This document shows, one piece after another, positions 1-9,907 of a DNA stretch of 64,000 bases (positions are counted from its first letter, which is position 1; every line of letters begins with the position of its first letter). The notes below the pieces were generated by a model. The model was not told the DNA's origin. It did no database searches and worked only from the letters and a program-made list of their open reading frames with translations. Position numbers and translations under genes: made by a program. The stretch comes from an uncultured Verrucomicrobiae bacterium (GTDB lineage: Bacteria; Verrucomicrobiota; Verrucomicrobiia; Chthoniobacterales; JAFAMB01): the NCBI GenBank assembly GCA_963813025.1, contig CAWEXO010000009.1, forward strand, positions 128,001 through 192,000, given 5' to 3'.

Positions 1-159
1 CGTTTGCTTTGTTCCACAATTTGGATTCCAAATGAAAAGTCGCGGGCTTCGATGCACTACCCGTTTTGTGCGCCGAAAATCGTCGCAATAAGTGCGTTAA
101 GTCCTGCCCGACAAGCGCCGTCATAGTCGTGCGCATCGAGGCGCCGCTCGACACTGTCC

Positions 160-1185
160 GTGAATATCTTTCTACAGGCTGTTTCGGGAAAGCGCGGGCT
201 GTCAAGCGGGTCACCTGGCCGTCACCGGTCTCGCTCTCCGCTGCCGCCCGCCTGGCCGGAGGTGTTCCGGGAGAATATCAACGGATTGGATCGCGGCGTT
301 TGCTATCTGGTTGCTGTTTCTGGTGGAGTCGATTCCCGAGTGCTGCTTCATCTGCTTCTACAGAGTGGCTTTCAGAATTTGGTAGTCTCTCATCTGGATC
401 ACCGGTTGCGCGGCTCAGAGAGCGCCGCGGACGCTCGTTTGGTCCGGCGATTAGCAGCCCGATTAACTTTGCCGCTGTACCTCCGGAGTGTCAACGAATG
501 GCCAGCGAATTTGTCTCTCGAAACTGCGGCGCGGCAGGCCCGCCACCGTTTTTTTGCGAACGGCGCCCGCCAATATGGCGCTGCCGGTGTCTTTCTCGGA
601 CACCAGGCCAACGATCAGGTCGAGACATTCCTTTTTAATCTTTTTCGGGGCACTGCCTCTCTTGGCCATGCTGCGATGCAATTTCGCTCGACGATCGACA
701 TTGAGGGCCAGAAGGTCCTGTTCTTGCGTCCGCTTTTGTCGGTATGGAAAACCGAGATTTATGCTTTTGCGAAGGCCAATTGCCTGCGCTACCGCGAGGA
801 TAAATCCAACCAGGAGTCAGTCTTTAGCCGCAATAAGCTAAGAAACGATTTAATTCCGCAAATTGAGGCCTTGTTCGGCCGCCCGATTGCGCCGGCGATT
901 TTGCGGACTTGCTTCGCGGCGCTCGACGACGAGGATTTTTTGCAAAGCCTCGTGCCGGCCATGTGGCAGGAAGCGCAGCTCAGTGTCCCATTGGTTCGCC
1001 GGCTACCAGTGCCGGCGCAGCGCCGCTTGATCTACCGTTGGTTGCGTTACCAGGGCATCCCTGATGTCAACTTTGACCATGTCCAGGCTGTACGCTCGCT
1101 CCTTTGGCGGACGACACCCGCCAAAAGCAATCTTCCGGCGGCAAAGCACTGCCGGAGAGGGGCGGGCAAACTCTTCATCGAGTAA
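160..1185 (+). CDS. tilS: tRNA(Ile)-lysidine synthetase
   Basis: PP-loop VAVSGGVDS, HLDHRLRG, ETAARQAR, GHQANDQVET, LRPLL and D-x-SN...SRNKLR motifs. The true start may lie downstream of 160. Confidence 0.95.
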   Translation: MNIFLQAVSGKRGLSSGSPGRHRSRSPLPPAWPEVFRENINGLDRGVCYLVAVSGGVDSRVLLHLLLQSGFQNLVVSHLDHRLRGSESAADARLVRRLAARLTLPLYLRSVNEWPANLSLETAARQARHRFFANGARQYGAAGVFLGHQANDQVETFLFNLFRGTASLGHAAMQFRSTIDIEGQKVLFLRPLLSVWKTEIYAFAKANCLRYREDKSNQESVFSRNKLRNDLIPQIEALFGRPIAPAILRTCFAALDDEDFLQSLVPAMWQEAQLSVPLVRRLPVPAQRRLIYRWLRYQGIPDVNFDHVQAVRSLLWRTTPAKSNLPAAKHCRRGAGKLFIE

Positions 1186-1374
1186 CACCGAGTACGTGTT
1201 GGAACGCGAAAACGGAAACGGCTTTACTTCGGCCAATGAGTCCGGACATCCTAAGGAAACGCCCGTTTTTTTGCAATTGAGCCGTCCTTTTATTTACGCT
1301 CACGCCCGTAAGTCCGCTTGAGTTGGAATGGGGAGGCCAATTACTAACTGTTCATACCAGTTCCCTAAACCAAC

Positions 1375-2220
1375 ATGAAAATCGGCATGAATCTCCTTCT
1401 ATGGGCCACTTTTGTGGATGACGAGCACACCAGAATTCTCGAGCAAATCAAGGCGACGGGTTATGACGGCGTCGAAATTCCGCTGTTCGGCGGTGACGAT
1501 GCACATTACGAGCGGCTGCGAAAGAAGCTCGACGTCATGGAACTGGGAGCAACGACCGTCGCCGTCTGCACACCGGAAGCAAACCCGATCAGCCCGGATC
1601 CGGCATTAAGGAAACGGGCGGTCGAAAGCCTGAACACTCTCGCCCGGCACGCCGGTATCCTGGGATCCACTCTGCTCTGCGGACCGCTGCATCAGCCGCT
1701 GGGCATTTTTTCTGGAACCGGGCCGACCGAAGAAGAGCTGTCGCGCGGCGCAGACGTGCACCGGCAAGCGGCGGAAACGGCCGCCCAGTATGGCGTGGTG
1801 ATCGCCTTGGAGTATCTCAACCGCTTCGAGTGCTACTTCCTGAACACGGCTCGAGCGACCGCTTCTTATGTGCGCCGCGTCGGGCACCCGAATCTGCGGA
1901 TGATGTTCGATACCTTCCACGCCAATATCGAGGAAGAAAATATCCCAAAAGCCTTTGCCGATGCCGCTCCAGAGGTTGTCCACGTACACGTCTCGAATAA
2001 TGATCGGGGCATCCCGGGACGTGGCCACATAGATTTCGCTGCTTTCTTCAGGGAATTGAAATCGGCAAATTATAATGAGTGGCTGACTATCGAGGCTTTT
2101 GGCCGCGCGCTGCCTGACCTCGTTGAGCCCACCCGCGTTTGGCGGGATTTCTTCAACAGCCCGGATGAAGTCGTTACCGAGGGGTACCGCTTTATCAAAG
2201 AAACCTGGGCCTCCTGCTAG
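1375..2220 (+). CDS. Sugar phosphate isomerase/epimerase (D-psicose/D-tagatose 3-epimerase-like TIM barrel)
   Basis: GYDGVEIP, EYLNRFE, DTFHANIEE, HVHVSNNDRGIPGRG and TIEAF motifs of the DTE/DPE family. Confidence 0.88.
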   Translation: MKIGMNLLLWATFVDDEHTRILEQIKATGYDGVEIPLFGGDDAHYERLRKKLDVMELGATTVAVCTPEANPISPDPALRKRAVESLNTLARHAGILGSTLLCGPLHQPLGIFSGTGPTEEELSRGADVHRQAAETAAQYGVVIALEYLNRFECYFLNTARATASYVRRVGHPNLRMMFDTFHANIEEENIPKAFADAAPEVVHVHVSNNDRGIPGRGHIDFAAFFRELKSANYNEWLTIEAFGRALPDLVEPTRVWRDFFNSPDEVVTEGYRFIKETWASC

Positions 2221-3388
2221 TCACATGTCTCTTAAATAATAGTGACATTTATTTCTCCTCAAGAGCGGCCTGCCAAGCGCGCTGGATCTTGGCCAGAATC
2301 TCTTCTCCTTGAGCCCTCCAAACATAACGCTTCGGATGGAGATTATGTTGAGCCAGGTATTGCATGATCGCCTCAACCAGTTGGCCGACACTGCCAAAGC
2401 TGCCGGGCAGGATCGTCTGCTGGCTCAGATCGCGGAAGAAGCGCTCGACCATATTCATCCAGGAGGAACTGGTTGGGGTAAAGTGCAGTTCGAAACGCGG
2501 ATGGCGTTCCAACCAACGCCGGACGCTCGGATGTTTGTGAGTGGCGTAATTGTCCAGAATGATGTGGATGTGTTGGCTCACGGGGATCTCCCGGTCAATG
2601 CGCTTGAGGAATTCGAGCCATTGGCGGTGCGTGTGTTTGTGAGCGGTGTGGGCGATTACTTTTCCCTGCAGGTAGTCGAGCGCGGCAAAGAGGGTGACCG
2701 TGCCATTGCGATAGTAATCGTGGGTTTGGGTACGAATATGCCCTTTGCCCAGCGGCAGACCGGGTTGGCTGCGTTGCAGCGCTTGGATCTGGCTTTTCTC
2801 GTCACAGCAAAGCACCACCGCATTCTGGGGCGGATTGAGGTAGAGCCCGATCACGTCCCAAAACTTCGCTTCAAAGTCCGGATCGGTCGAAAGCTTAAAG
2901 ACCCGTGTCAGATGCGGCTTGATTTCATTCTCGCTCCAAACCCGCTGCACGGTTGCCTTGGACAGTCCCAACTCCCGAGCCATTGCTCGACAAGTCCAGC
3001 GCGCTTGACCGTGCGGAGGCCGGGTGGCTTGATCGAGGATCTGCCGCAAGACAGCGGCTGCAATGCGGCCCTTACGGCCCGAGCGCGGCTGATCCTGCAA
3101 AGCGGCCAGCCCGCCTTCGCTGAAGCGCCTTCGCCACTTCCTGACTTGGTTATAGTGCATATCGACCTCTCGGCCGATGCTCCGATCCCTTTTGCCTGCT
3201 GCCGCCAACTGGATCACTCGCGCCCGTTGGGCCAAGCCATGAGGAGTGCTTTGGGCGCGCAGCAATTGCTGCAGTCGCTGCTCTTCAGCCGAACTCAATT
3301 CCACTTTTCGCCGCGCCCGCTTAGCCATGCAGCCAGCGAAGCATTTTTCTCTTAGAATGTCACTATTATTTAAGAGACACTAGACTAG
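2217..3388 (-). mobile_element. IS630-family insertion sequence, apparently intact
   Basis: Perfect 24-bp inverted repeats TGTCTCTTAAATAATAGTGACATT (2226-2249) and AATGTCACTATTATTTAAGAGACA (3356-3379). CTAG at both outer ends (2217-2220, 3385-3388) is consistent with TA duplication. Encloses an IS630 transposase. Confidence 0.93.
2249..3328 (-). CDS. IS630-family DDE transposase
   Basis: N-terminal HTH (WRRRF...L.D.PRSGR), CDEKSQIQAL, LDNYATHKH and FTPTSSSWMNMVERFF. Confidence 0.96.
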   Translation of the reverse strand: MAKRARRKVELSSAEEQRLQQLLRAQSTPHGLAQRARVIQLAAAGKRDRSIGREVDMHYNQVRKWRRRFSEGGLAALQDQPRSGRKGRIAAAVLRQILDQATRPPHGQARWTCRAMARELGLSKATVQRVWSENEIKPHLTRVFKLSTDPDFEAKFWDVIGLYLNPPQNAVVLCCDEKSQIQALQRSQPGLPLGKGHIRTQTHDYYRNGTVTLFAALDYLQGKVIAHTAHKHTHRQWLEFLKRIDREIPVSQHIHIILDNYATHKHPSVRRWLERHPRFELHFTPTSSSWMNMVERFFRDLSQQTILPGSFGSVGQLVEAIMQYLAQHNLHPKRYVWRAQGEEILAKIQRAWQAALEEK

Positions 3389-3404
3389 AGAGCCCTGGAA
3401 GAGA

Positions 3405-3494
3405 TTAGGAGAGTGTCTCGCAAAATTCGGGTCGGTAGGGTCAAGCTCATGAGCTCATCCCTACCTCTCCGAGCGGCTCCAACAAGTTCTCGCT
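3405..3494. repeat. Degenerate copy of the GTAG-palindrome/MITE family
   Basis: TTAGGAGAGTGTCTCG matches the terminus at 22921-22936 in reverse complement. Also contains the small hairpin GGTAGGG...CCCTACC and the family arm GGCTCCAACAAGTTCTCGC. Confidence 0.6.
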
Positions 3495-4198
3495 TAGCTT
3501 ACCTCGCCGTCACGATTCATCAGCGCCAGAATGTGCCGCTTTTTCTCCATGTAACTTAGGGAATGAAAATTGCGAATCTCCTCGAGCCGGCGCACGCTGT
3601 TCAGCGTGTCCAGATAGTGAGTGTAAGCTGAACCGAGCTCGGCGGTCTCTAGATAACGTCCGCGGAGGTTCGGATCCTGGTAAGCGTCGGGCGAGCGGCA
3701 TTCGAAGAGATGATACCTGATCCAGCGACGGTCAGTTCGGGAGAGGCGCTGAGTCCGCCGAAAGAACGCCACAAACAGCAGGAGCACAAGATACGTGTCT
3801 ACCAAGGCTTGCAGTTCCAGGTTGCGGGCAAAGTCTTCGCCTTGGAGGTGGCGCAAACCGGCTTTGAATTGCAGCCCGGCGTGGAGCGCGTGATTGATCT
3901 CCTCCACAAACATAATCAGGGAACGAATATTTGAGTTCGATATCCCGGAGCGCGGATCATGGTTTTCAAGCTGTTCAATGAGCCAACTCGAATAGTAGAT
4001 GCCGACATATAGACGGTCGTCAGCGGTGCGCAGGAAGGTACGGGCCAAATCACTGAGTTCGTGCGCCGAAGCGCCGGCCAGACGACTCAAATGCGCGCAA
4101 CGGCGTCGATCGATCAGGCAATCTTCGAGATTGATTCCGACACGCGCGTAAGTCCTCTCGAAGAGCCGCTGCACTTCACTGAACAGAGTTGGGTTCAT
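3494..4198 (-). CDS. Hypothetical protein with a possible metal-binding EExxH...ELQA motif
   Basis: 234-aa ATG-start ORF, 8 bp downstream of its partner gene. Contains EEINHALH and LELQALVD. Confidence 0.8.
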   Translation of the reverse strand: MNPTLFSEVQRLFERTYARVGINLEDCLIDRRRCAHLSRLAGASAHELSDLARTFLRTADDRLYVGIYYSSWLIEQLENHDPRSGISNSNIRSLIMFVEEINHALHAGLQFKAGLRHLQGEDFARNLELQALVDTYLVLLLFVAFFRRTQRLSRTDRRWIRYHLFECRSPDAYQDPNLRGRYLETAELGSAYTHYLDTLNSVRRLEEIRNFHSLSYMEKKRHILALMNRDGEVS

Positions 4199-4206
4199 AT
4201 TGCTGT

Positions 4207-4908
4207 TTAGTTATTGCCAATTGAGCCAGACGCCGGCGTGAACCGGCTGTCTCCCAGGTCAACGAAATCCTCCGCGAGGCGGTTGAGCGCGATCCGGCAC
4301 TCGTGAAAACTGCCGGCCAGTTGTTCGAACAAATCGCTCAGATCGAACCGTCGTGCCACGTCATGCGAGGCCACCGCGTGGAAACTTGCCCGTCCGATGT
4401 CTTCGTAAAAAGAGCACGTGGGCGCTCCGCGTTGACTCCGGCGTGCAATGTTCTCGTGGAAGATGCCTGTGACGAATAGCGAGTAATTCCCGACGTGCGC
4501 CCGAATGAGGAATGTCTGGTAGGGTGTGGCAGTTTTCAGGGCTAGCAACAGATCTGAAATGTAGCGGGTCTCGAGATTTTCAATCGGGGCTTCGAGTTGT
4601 CGAATCTGTGAAAACTTCTCCAGCAAAGCGGCCAGGTAATCAGCCAAAACCCGGTCTTCAATGCCAGACCGCTTTAAGGCTAGCCGGGCGAGAACATAAA
4701 AATAGAACTGAGGCGAGATGCTAAGGTTGCCCGGGTTTTCCAGAACTGCGCGAACTAAGACCTCGTGATCGAGGAGTTCGTCGCGCGTCTGGCTATCGGT
4801 GAGGAGTTCGACCAGGCTGACAGCTTGCCGGTTTGTCCGGCACAACGTCCGGACAATGAAACTAAAATCTTCCGCTGTAAACCTGGCCCGACAGTTCGGT
4901 TGAATCAT
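4207..4908 (-). CDS. Hypothetical protein (probably helical)
   Basis: 233-aa ATG-start ORF with the conserved-looking block AHVGNYSLFVTGIF...FYEDIGRASF. First gene of a two-gene operon. Confidence 0.8.
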   Translation of the reverse strand: MIQPNCRARFTAEDFSFIVRTLCRTNRQAVSLVELLTDSQTRDELLDHEVLVRAVLENPGNLSISPQFYFYVLARLALKRSGIEDRVLADYLAALLEKFSQIRQLEAPIENLETRYISDLLLALKTATPYQTFLIRAHVGNYSLFVTGIFHENIARRSQRGAPTCSFYEDIGRASFHAVASHDVARRFDLSDLFEQLAGSFHECRIALNRLAEDFVDLGDSRFTPASGSIGNN

Positions 4909-4923
4909 CGGGATCTATAAAGG

Positions 4924-4940
4924 AGCAAATATTATGCCTT
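4924..4940 (-). promoter_or_regulatory. Putative sigma54 (-24/-12) promoter
   Basis: The minus strand reads AAGGCATAATATTTGCT, an exact GG-N10-GC match to TGGCAC-N5-TTGC, about 16 bp upstream of the ATG at 4908. Confidence 0.6.
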
Positions 4941-5013
4941 GTAGTAAAGGTTTTTCTTTCCAAACTGCACTTGTGTCTGAATTGTTCGTTCACGGTCCCG
5001 TCGACGGATTGCC

Positions 5014-7386
5014 TTGCTCAAGATCGCTGTCTTCAGGTTACACCCCAAATCTCCTGAGTTGCGTTGCCCAGATCCGCTGAAATCTATGGGATTAGGCCGC
5101 GTAATGCGTTTCGGGCGCTGGCTCGCCGTTGTCTCTCTGGCCGGACTGCTTTTCTGGGGCGGATGGTATATTTATGATAAAGGCTTCGGCCGGCGCTGGC
5201 GGACAGCTTTGGCCAAAGAGTTTGAGCGTTTTGGCTTGGTCGTAAACGCCCGGCGACTGACCCTGGACCCGTTCCATGGGCTGGTGGCGCGGGACGTTCA
5301 GATTCTCGGTGGTCCAGGGCGTCAGAACGTGCTGGCCGAGATCAGCGAAATTTCGCTCGACATCAATTACGCTAATCTTTTTTCCCACGAGCAGGCGCTA
5401 AATGCCGTCGATCTGCGCGACGCCCGGATCTCGGTCCCGCTGGACGAAAACGATTCGAGGAGCGGGAAACTCGCTATCAAAAAGCTCCATGCTCGCGTCT
5501 ACTTTTTTCCTGGCCGCATCGATTTTCGGCAGGTTACCGGCGATCTCTACGGGATCCAGTTCACCACGAGCGGCACGCTGGTGAATCCGGGCAGATTGCA
5601 ACCGGAGCTGAGTGTACGAGAAGTAACCAGCGAGGCCGGGTATCGCGCGGCGCAACACTTTGCGATGAGGGTGCTCGACGAATTGCACAACACCCAGTTC
5701 ACCGGCGAAGCGCCTCAGCTTGGATTTACTTTCCAGGCAGATCTGGGTGATCTGGCGAGTTTACGTATCCAGAACGGGCATTTAACTGCCCCGACCCTTT
5801 CGCGATCCGGCTACACCTTACGCAATCTCGAAGCCGAATTTGCTCTGGCGAATCGCCGTGCCGATCTGATTCGCCTCCAAGTGCACGACAAAGACGGCGA
5901 ATTGTCGGCCAAAGCGGACTGGGATTTTGTTGCCGGGGAGAGAGCATTTCAAGTCCGCAGCACGCTCGATCTGGCTCGCCTTCTCGCGACCGAGCCCCGC
6001 TGCAGCTGGGCGCGTGATCTCACGTTTGAGGCGCCTCCCGAAGTTGAGCTCGCCGGCACCACGACCACAGCGGGACGATTGCAATATTTTGGGCGACTTA
6101 ATTTCGATCGTTTCAAGTTTCGGACCGTGCTGTTCCAAAGCCTAAAGGCGGAATTTTCCCGGGCCGGTAATTCCTGGATGATTCACGATGCGGAGGCGAC
6201 GCACGCGACCGGTACGCTTGCCGGCGATGCTTTGCGTCTGCCCGGCAAGTTCCGTTTGCGAGTGACATCGGCTGTCGATCCGGCGGCCTTGGCTCCAATC
6301 TTTCCGAGCACGGTACAAAGAGCGTTGGCCAATTGGCAGTTTCAAAGCGCGCCGGTAATTCAAGCCAGCTTTTCTGGGCCTCGACCAGCGTTCGATCAAC
6401 TTACCGGCGAAGGTACTGTTTTTCTTGGGAGAACCCAATTTCGCCGGCGAAACCTGAATTCGGCCTCAGCGGCATTCACCCTGCAGGACAGCGTCATTGA
6501 GTGTCGCGCCATCCGAGTGACCAGAGACGAAGGTATTGGCACCGGCTCATTCAGCTACAATTTTCGCAACGGCGAGGTGACTCTCGCCAACGTCCAAACA
6601 TCGCTTGATCTGAACACGCTTATCGAGTGGGTCAGCCCGACGCTGATCCGAGCGGTTCAGCCGCTCACCTGGACCGAGCCGCCGCTCCTTCGCGCGAATG
6701 GCACCACCCAGTACTCGGATAGCGGAAAAAATCATTTAGAGATCGACGCGACTTTTCCGTCGGCGTTCATCTATTCTTTCGGCGGAGTCGACTTTCATTT
6801 CGATGGTGCCAAAATGCATCTGCTATTATTGCCCGGCAGTCTTGACCTGACAGATTTCTCTGGCCAGATCGGTAGTGGGAACGTCTCGCTCCGCTCCCGG
6901 ACCGGGTTGCCTCTCAGTCGCAACATCTTTCAGGCGGACCTGCAACTTGCCCAGGTGCCGCTGGCCCGGGCGCTGCCTAAGCTGGACTTTCTTGTCCGGA
7001 GCGACGGCAAATTGAGCGGCTCGCTCGAGCTGCGGCACCGGGGATCGGAATTGTCCGCGCCGCACATTGCCGGTTCGCTCACCCTTACGCCGGCAAAGCT
7101 TTCAGAATTTCGAGTTTTTGGTCCGGTACTTGGCCGGTTGCAAAGTCTCGGTTTTTCCGGACCGGGCGTCGCTTCTATCCAGTTTCATACGGCAAGAGCC
7201 GCGGTGCAGATCGACGCGCTCCGCCTTGCTGAAGGTGTTCATCTGCTCGAGATGACCGGCTACGTGAGTCTGCTGGACGGCGATGTAAACGTGCGCGGCC
7301 AGACCGATGACGGAAAAGTTCAGCTCCGGGCGAGCGGCCCGTTGGACCGGCTGACCTGGGAGTTGCCAGCGGAAGGTGTCGATTAA
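5014..7386 (+). CDS. AsmA-like / repeating beta-groove envelope protein
   Basis: N-terminal TM anchor (WLAVVSLAGLLFWGGWYIY) followed by long beta-rich repeats and an AsmA-like C-terminus. The start is probably near 5086-5104. Confidence 0.65.
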   Translation: MLKIAVFRLHPKSPELRCPDPLKSMGLGRVMRFGRWLAVVSLAGLLFWGGWYIYDKGFGRRWRTALAKEFERFGLVVNARRLTLDPFHGLVARDVQILGGPGRQNVLAEISEISLDINYANLFSHEQALNAVDLRDARISVPLDENDSRSGKLAIKKLHARVYFFPGRIDFRQVTGDLYGIQFTTSGTLVNPGRLQPELSVREVTSEAGYRAAQHFAMRVLDELHNTQFTGEAPQLGFTFQADLGDLASLRIQNGHLTAPTLSRSGYTLRNLEAEFALANRRADLIRLQVHDKDGELSAKADWDFVAGERAFQVRSTLDLARLLATEPRCSWARDLTFEAPPEVELAGTTTTAGRLQYFGRLNFDRFKFRTVLFQSLKAEFSRAGNSWMIHDAEATHATGTLAGDALRLPGKFRLRVTSAVDPAALAPIFPSTVQRALANWQFQSAPVIQASFSGPRPAFDQLTGEGTVFLGRTQFRRRNLNSASAAFTLQDSVIECRAIRVTRDEGIGTGSFSYNFRNGEVTLANVQTSLDLNTLIEWVSPTLIRAVQPLTWTEPPLLRANGTTQYSDSGKNHLEIDATFPSAFIYSFGGVDFHFDGAKMHLLLLPGSLDLTDFSGQIGSGNVSLRSRTGLPLSRNIFQADLQLAQVPLARALPKLDFLVRSDGKLSGSLELRHRGSELSAPHIAGSLTLTPAKLSEFRVFGPVLGRLQSLGFSGPGVASIQFHTARAAVQIDALRLAEGVHLLEMTGYVSLLDGDVNVRGQTDDGKVQLRASGPLDRLTWELPAEGVD

Positions 7387-7402
7387 ATCGGGCGCTTCGA
7401 TC

Positions 7403-8296
7403 ATGACCAGACGGCTTAAGCCAGCCGAGACAAGCGTTTCCCGCTCAGCGGCGCCCCTTCTGGGCGCCCACATGTCAATCTCGGGAGGGCCGGTGCAAGC
7501 CCTGGAACGCGGCCATTCCATCGGGTGTTCCGCAATCCAAATTTTTGTCAAAAACAATATGCAATGGTTTGCCGCTCCTTTAACGGAAGCTGCGGTCGTT
7601 GCTTTTCACAATTGCCCGGCAAAGCCCCAGGTTGTCTTTGGACACACGAGTTATCTGATCAATCCGGCAGCAAATAATCCCGAGTTTCTCCAAAGATCGC
7701 GCCGCGCACTGGCCGAGGAACTAGTGCGGGCGGAGCAGCTTTCTCTCCCTTTTCTGGTGCTGCATCCTGGGTCGCATCTTGGCGACGGATTAGGGGCTGG
7801 GATAAAACGCATCTCGGCCACGCTCGACCAGGTCTTGCGAGTACTACCCGAAAAAAGTTGCAAGGTGGCCCTGGAGATTACCGCGGGGCAAGGCAGTTCC
7901 ATCGGTTCTTCTTTTGAACATCTGGCGGAGATTCTCGCCCGCTGCCGATATCCGGAGCGTTTGCTCGTCTGTCTTGATACGGCGCACCTGTTCGCGGCTG
8001 GCTACGATATCAGTAGCGCTCGGGGGTTTTGGCGCGCGATGCGTGATTTTGATCGGTCTGTCGGGCGAGACCGTTTGGCTGCTTGGCATCTGAATGACTC
8101 AAAGACAGGTCTTGGATCGCGAGTGGATCGACACGAACATATCGGGCGGGGCAAAATCGGGTTGGCGCCATTCCGCGAGATTATGCGTTCGCCCGATTTC
8201 GCCGCTATCCCGAAAGTCTTGGAAACTCCCAAAGAAGCTGACTTGGCGGATGATGTGCGAAACTTGAAAACCCTGCGCCAACTACTGGACGACTGA
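7403..8296 (+). CDS. nfo: Endonuclease IV
   Basis: LGAHMSISGG, HTSYLINPA, VLHPGSH, LEITAGQG, CLDTAHLFAAGYD, HLNDSK and DRHEHIG motifs. Confidence 0.96.
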   Translation: MTRRLKPAETSVSRSAAPLLGAHMSISGGPVQALERGHSIGCSAIQIFVKNNMQWFAAPLTEAAVVAFHNCPAKPQVVFGHTSYLINPAANNPEFLQRSRRALAEELVRAEQLSLPFLVLHPGSHLGDGLGAGIKRISATLDQVLRVLPEKSCKVALEITAGQGSSIGSSFEHLAEILARCRYPERLLVCLDTAHLFAAGYDISSARGFWRAMRDFDRSVGRDRLAAWHLNDSKTGLGSRVDRHEHIGRGKIGLAPFREIMRSPDFAAIPKVLETPKEADLADDVRNLKTLRQLLDD

Positions 8297-8407
8297 GGCT
8301 CGCGTTGGGAACTGCGCTTGTCCTTTGGCGGCGCTGCTATCTACACTTGCTATCCTGCGATTGCGTTCGTATTTGTCGCAGCGAAATCAACGTTAACCCC
8401 CTTTCCT

Positions 8408-9907
8408 ATGCTTTATATCGGCATCGATAGCGGTACTCAGAGCACGAAGTCTATCGTCCTGGATCTTAATTCCGGTGATATTCCGGTATCGGCTCAACAA
8501 AGTTATGAGTTGATACCGGGTCTTCCCGCAGGGCATATGGAACAGGATCCGCAACTCTGGCTCAATGCAGTTGACCAGACAATCACTGCTTGCCTCGATC
8601 AATTGGGGCCGCGTCGAGACGAGGTCGGCGCCATTGGAGTCAGCGGACAGCAGCACGGGCTTGTCGTGCTGAACAAATCGAACGAAGTCGTTCGCCCAGC
8701 CAAGCTCTGGTGCGATGTCTCGACTGCCGCCCAGTGCGCCGAGATCATCGACGAGTTCGGCGGGAGCGCCGCTCTGATCAAGCTCATGGGGAACACCATG
8801 CTGCCGGGTTGGACCGCTCCCAAGATATTGTGGCTCAAGGAGAACGAGCCGCGCAATTACGCATCCACCCGCACGATTCTCCTTCCTCACGATTATATCA
8901 ATTTCTGGTTGACCGGTGAAAAGCGCATGGAGTACGGCGACGCCTCTGGTTCGGGTCTTCTGGATGTGCGAACACGCGCTTGGTGTGAGCCGGTTGTGGA
9001 GTTTATCGCGCCCGATCTGGAGGAAAAATTGCCTTCCCTGCGTTCTTCGCGCCAAGCCGTCGGTCTCCTGCGGGAGACGCTGCGCCAGAAATGGCGGCTG
9101 AAAACCAGCCCGGTCGTATCCGCGGGCGGCGGCGACAATATGATGGGGGCGATCGGTACGGGTAACGTGCGCCCCGGGGTCGTCACCACCAGTCTCGGTA
9201 CCTCAGGAACCATCTATGCCTACTCCCCAGAGCCCGTGGTCGATCCCGAGGGCGAGCTAGCCGCCTTTTGCGACAGCACGGATCGCTGGTTGCCTTTGGC
9301 CTGCACGATGAACGTCACAGTCGCGACGGAACAGGTGAGAAAGCTTTTTGGTTGGGATATTGCCGGTTTGAATAACGCAATTGCTTCCGCGCCGGCTGGC
9401 GCGAACGGGCTGGTTTTTCTGCCTTATCTGAACGGAGAACGGACTCCAAACCTTCCGAATGGGGTTGGTCTGTTCCATGGACTGACCGTCTCGAACATGA
9501 ATCCACCCAATCTGGCCCGTGCCGTAATGGAAGGGGTAACCCTCGGATTAACCTACGGACTCAACCGTTTTCGTTCGCTTGGCATCAGGCCGGCCGAGAT
9601 CCGGTTGACCGGAGGAGGGAGCAAAAGCAGGATCTGGCGTCAAATTTGTGCCGACGTATTCCGGGTGCCGGTAGTCTGCCTGGCAACTGCCGAGGGTGCG
9701 GCGCTCGGGGCGGCGATTCATGCGGGTTGGGTACACGGCCTCGTTACCAACAAGTCGGCGAATCTCGCGGACATCGTTGATCGAGTCGTCAAATTGCAGG
9801 AGGATTCCCGGGCGGTGCCGGATCAGGGAAAGGCGCAGCTCTATCAGGAGACTTACAACCGGTTCCGCGGTTTGACCCAGCGCCTTGCCAGCGGAGGGCT
9901 GCTGTGA
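8408..9907 (+). CDS. xylB: Xylulokinase (FGGY family)
   Basis: IGIDSGTQSTK, GVSGQQHG, PAKLWCD, GGGDN, SLGTSGT and LPYLNGERTP. Confidence 0.9.
   Translation: MLYIGIDSGTQSTKSIVLDLNSGDIPVSAQQSYELIPGLPAGHMEQDPQLWLNAVDQTITACLDQLGPRRDEVGAIGVSGQQHGLVVLNKSNEVVRPAKLWCDVSTAAQCAEIIDEFGGSAALIKLMGNTMLPGWTAPKILWLKENEPRNYASTRTILLPHDYINFWLTGEKRMEYGDASGSGLLDVRTRAWCEPVVEFIAPDLEEKLPSLRSSRQAVGLLRETLRQKWRLKTSPVVSAGGGDNMMGAIGTGNVRPGVVTTSLGTSGTIYAYSPEPVVDPEGELAAFCDSTDRWLPLACTMNVTVATEQVRKLFGWDIAGLNNAIASAPAGANGLVFLPYLNGERTPNLPNGVGLFHGLTVSNMNPPNLARAVMEGVTLGLTYGLNRFRSLGIRPAEIRLTGGGSKSRIWRQICADVFRVPVVCLATAEGAALGAAIHAGWVHGLVTNKSANLADIVDRVVKLQEDSRAVPDQGKAQLYQETYNRFRGLTQRLASGGLL

Noticed and set aside
2309..3355. 348-aa antisense ORF over the IS630 transposase
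   Set aside because: It mirrors the transposase on the opposite strand and has no recognisable motifs. Long shadow ORFs are common in GC-rich IS genes.
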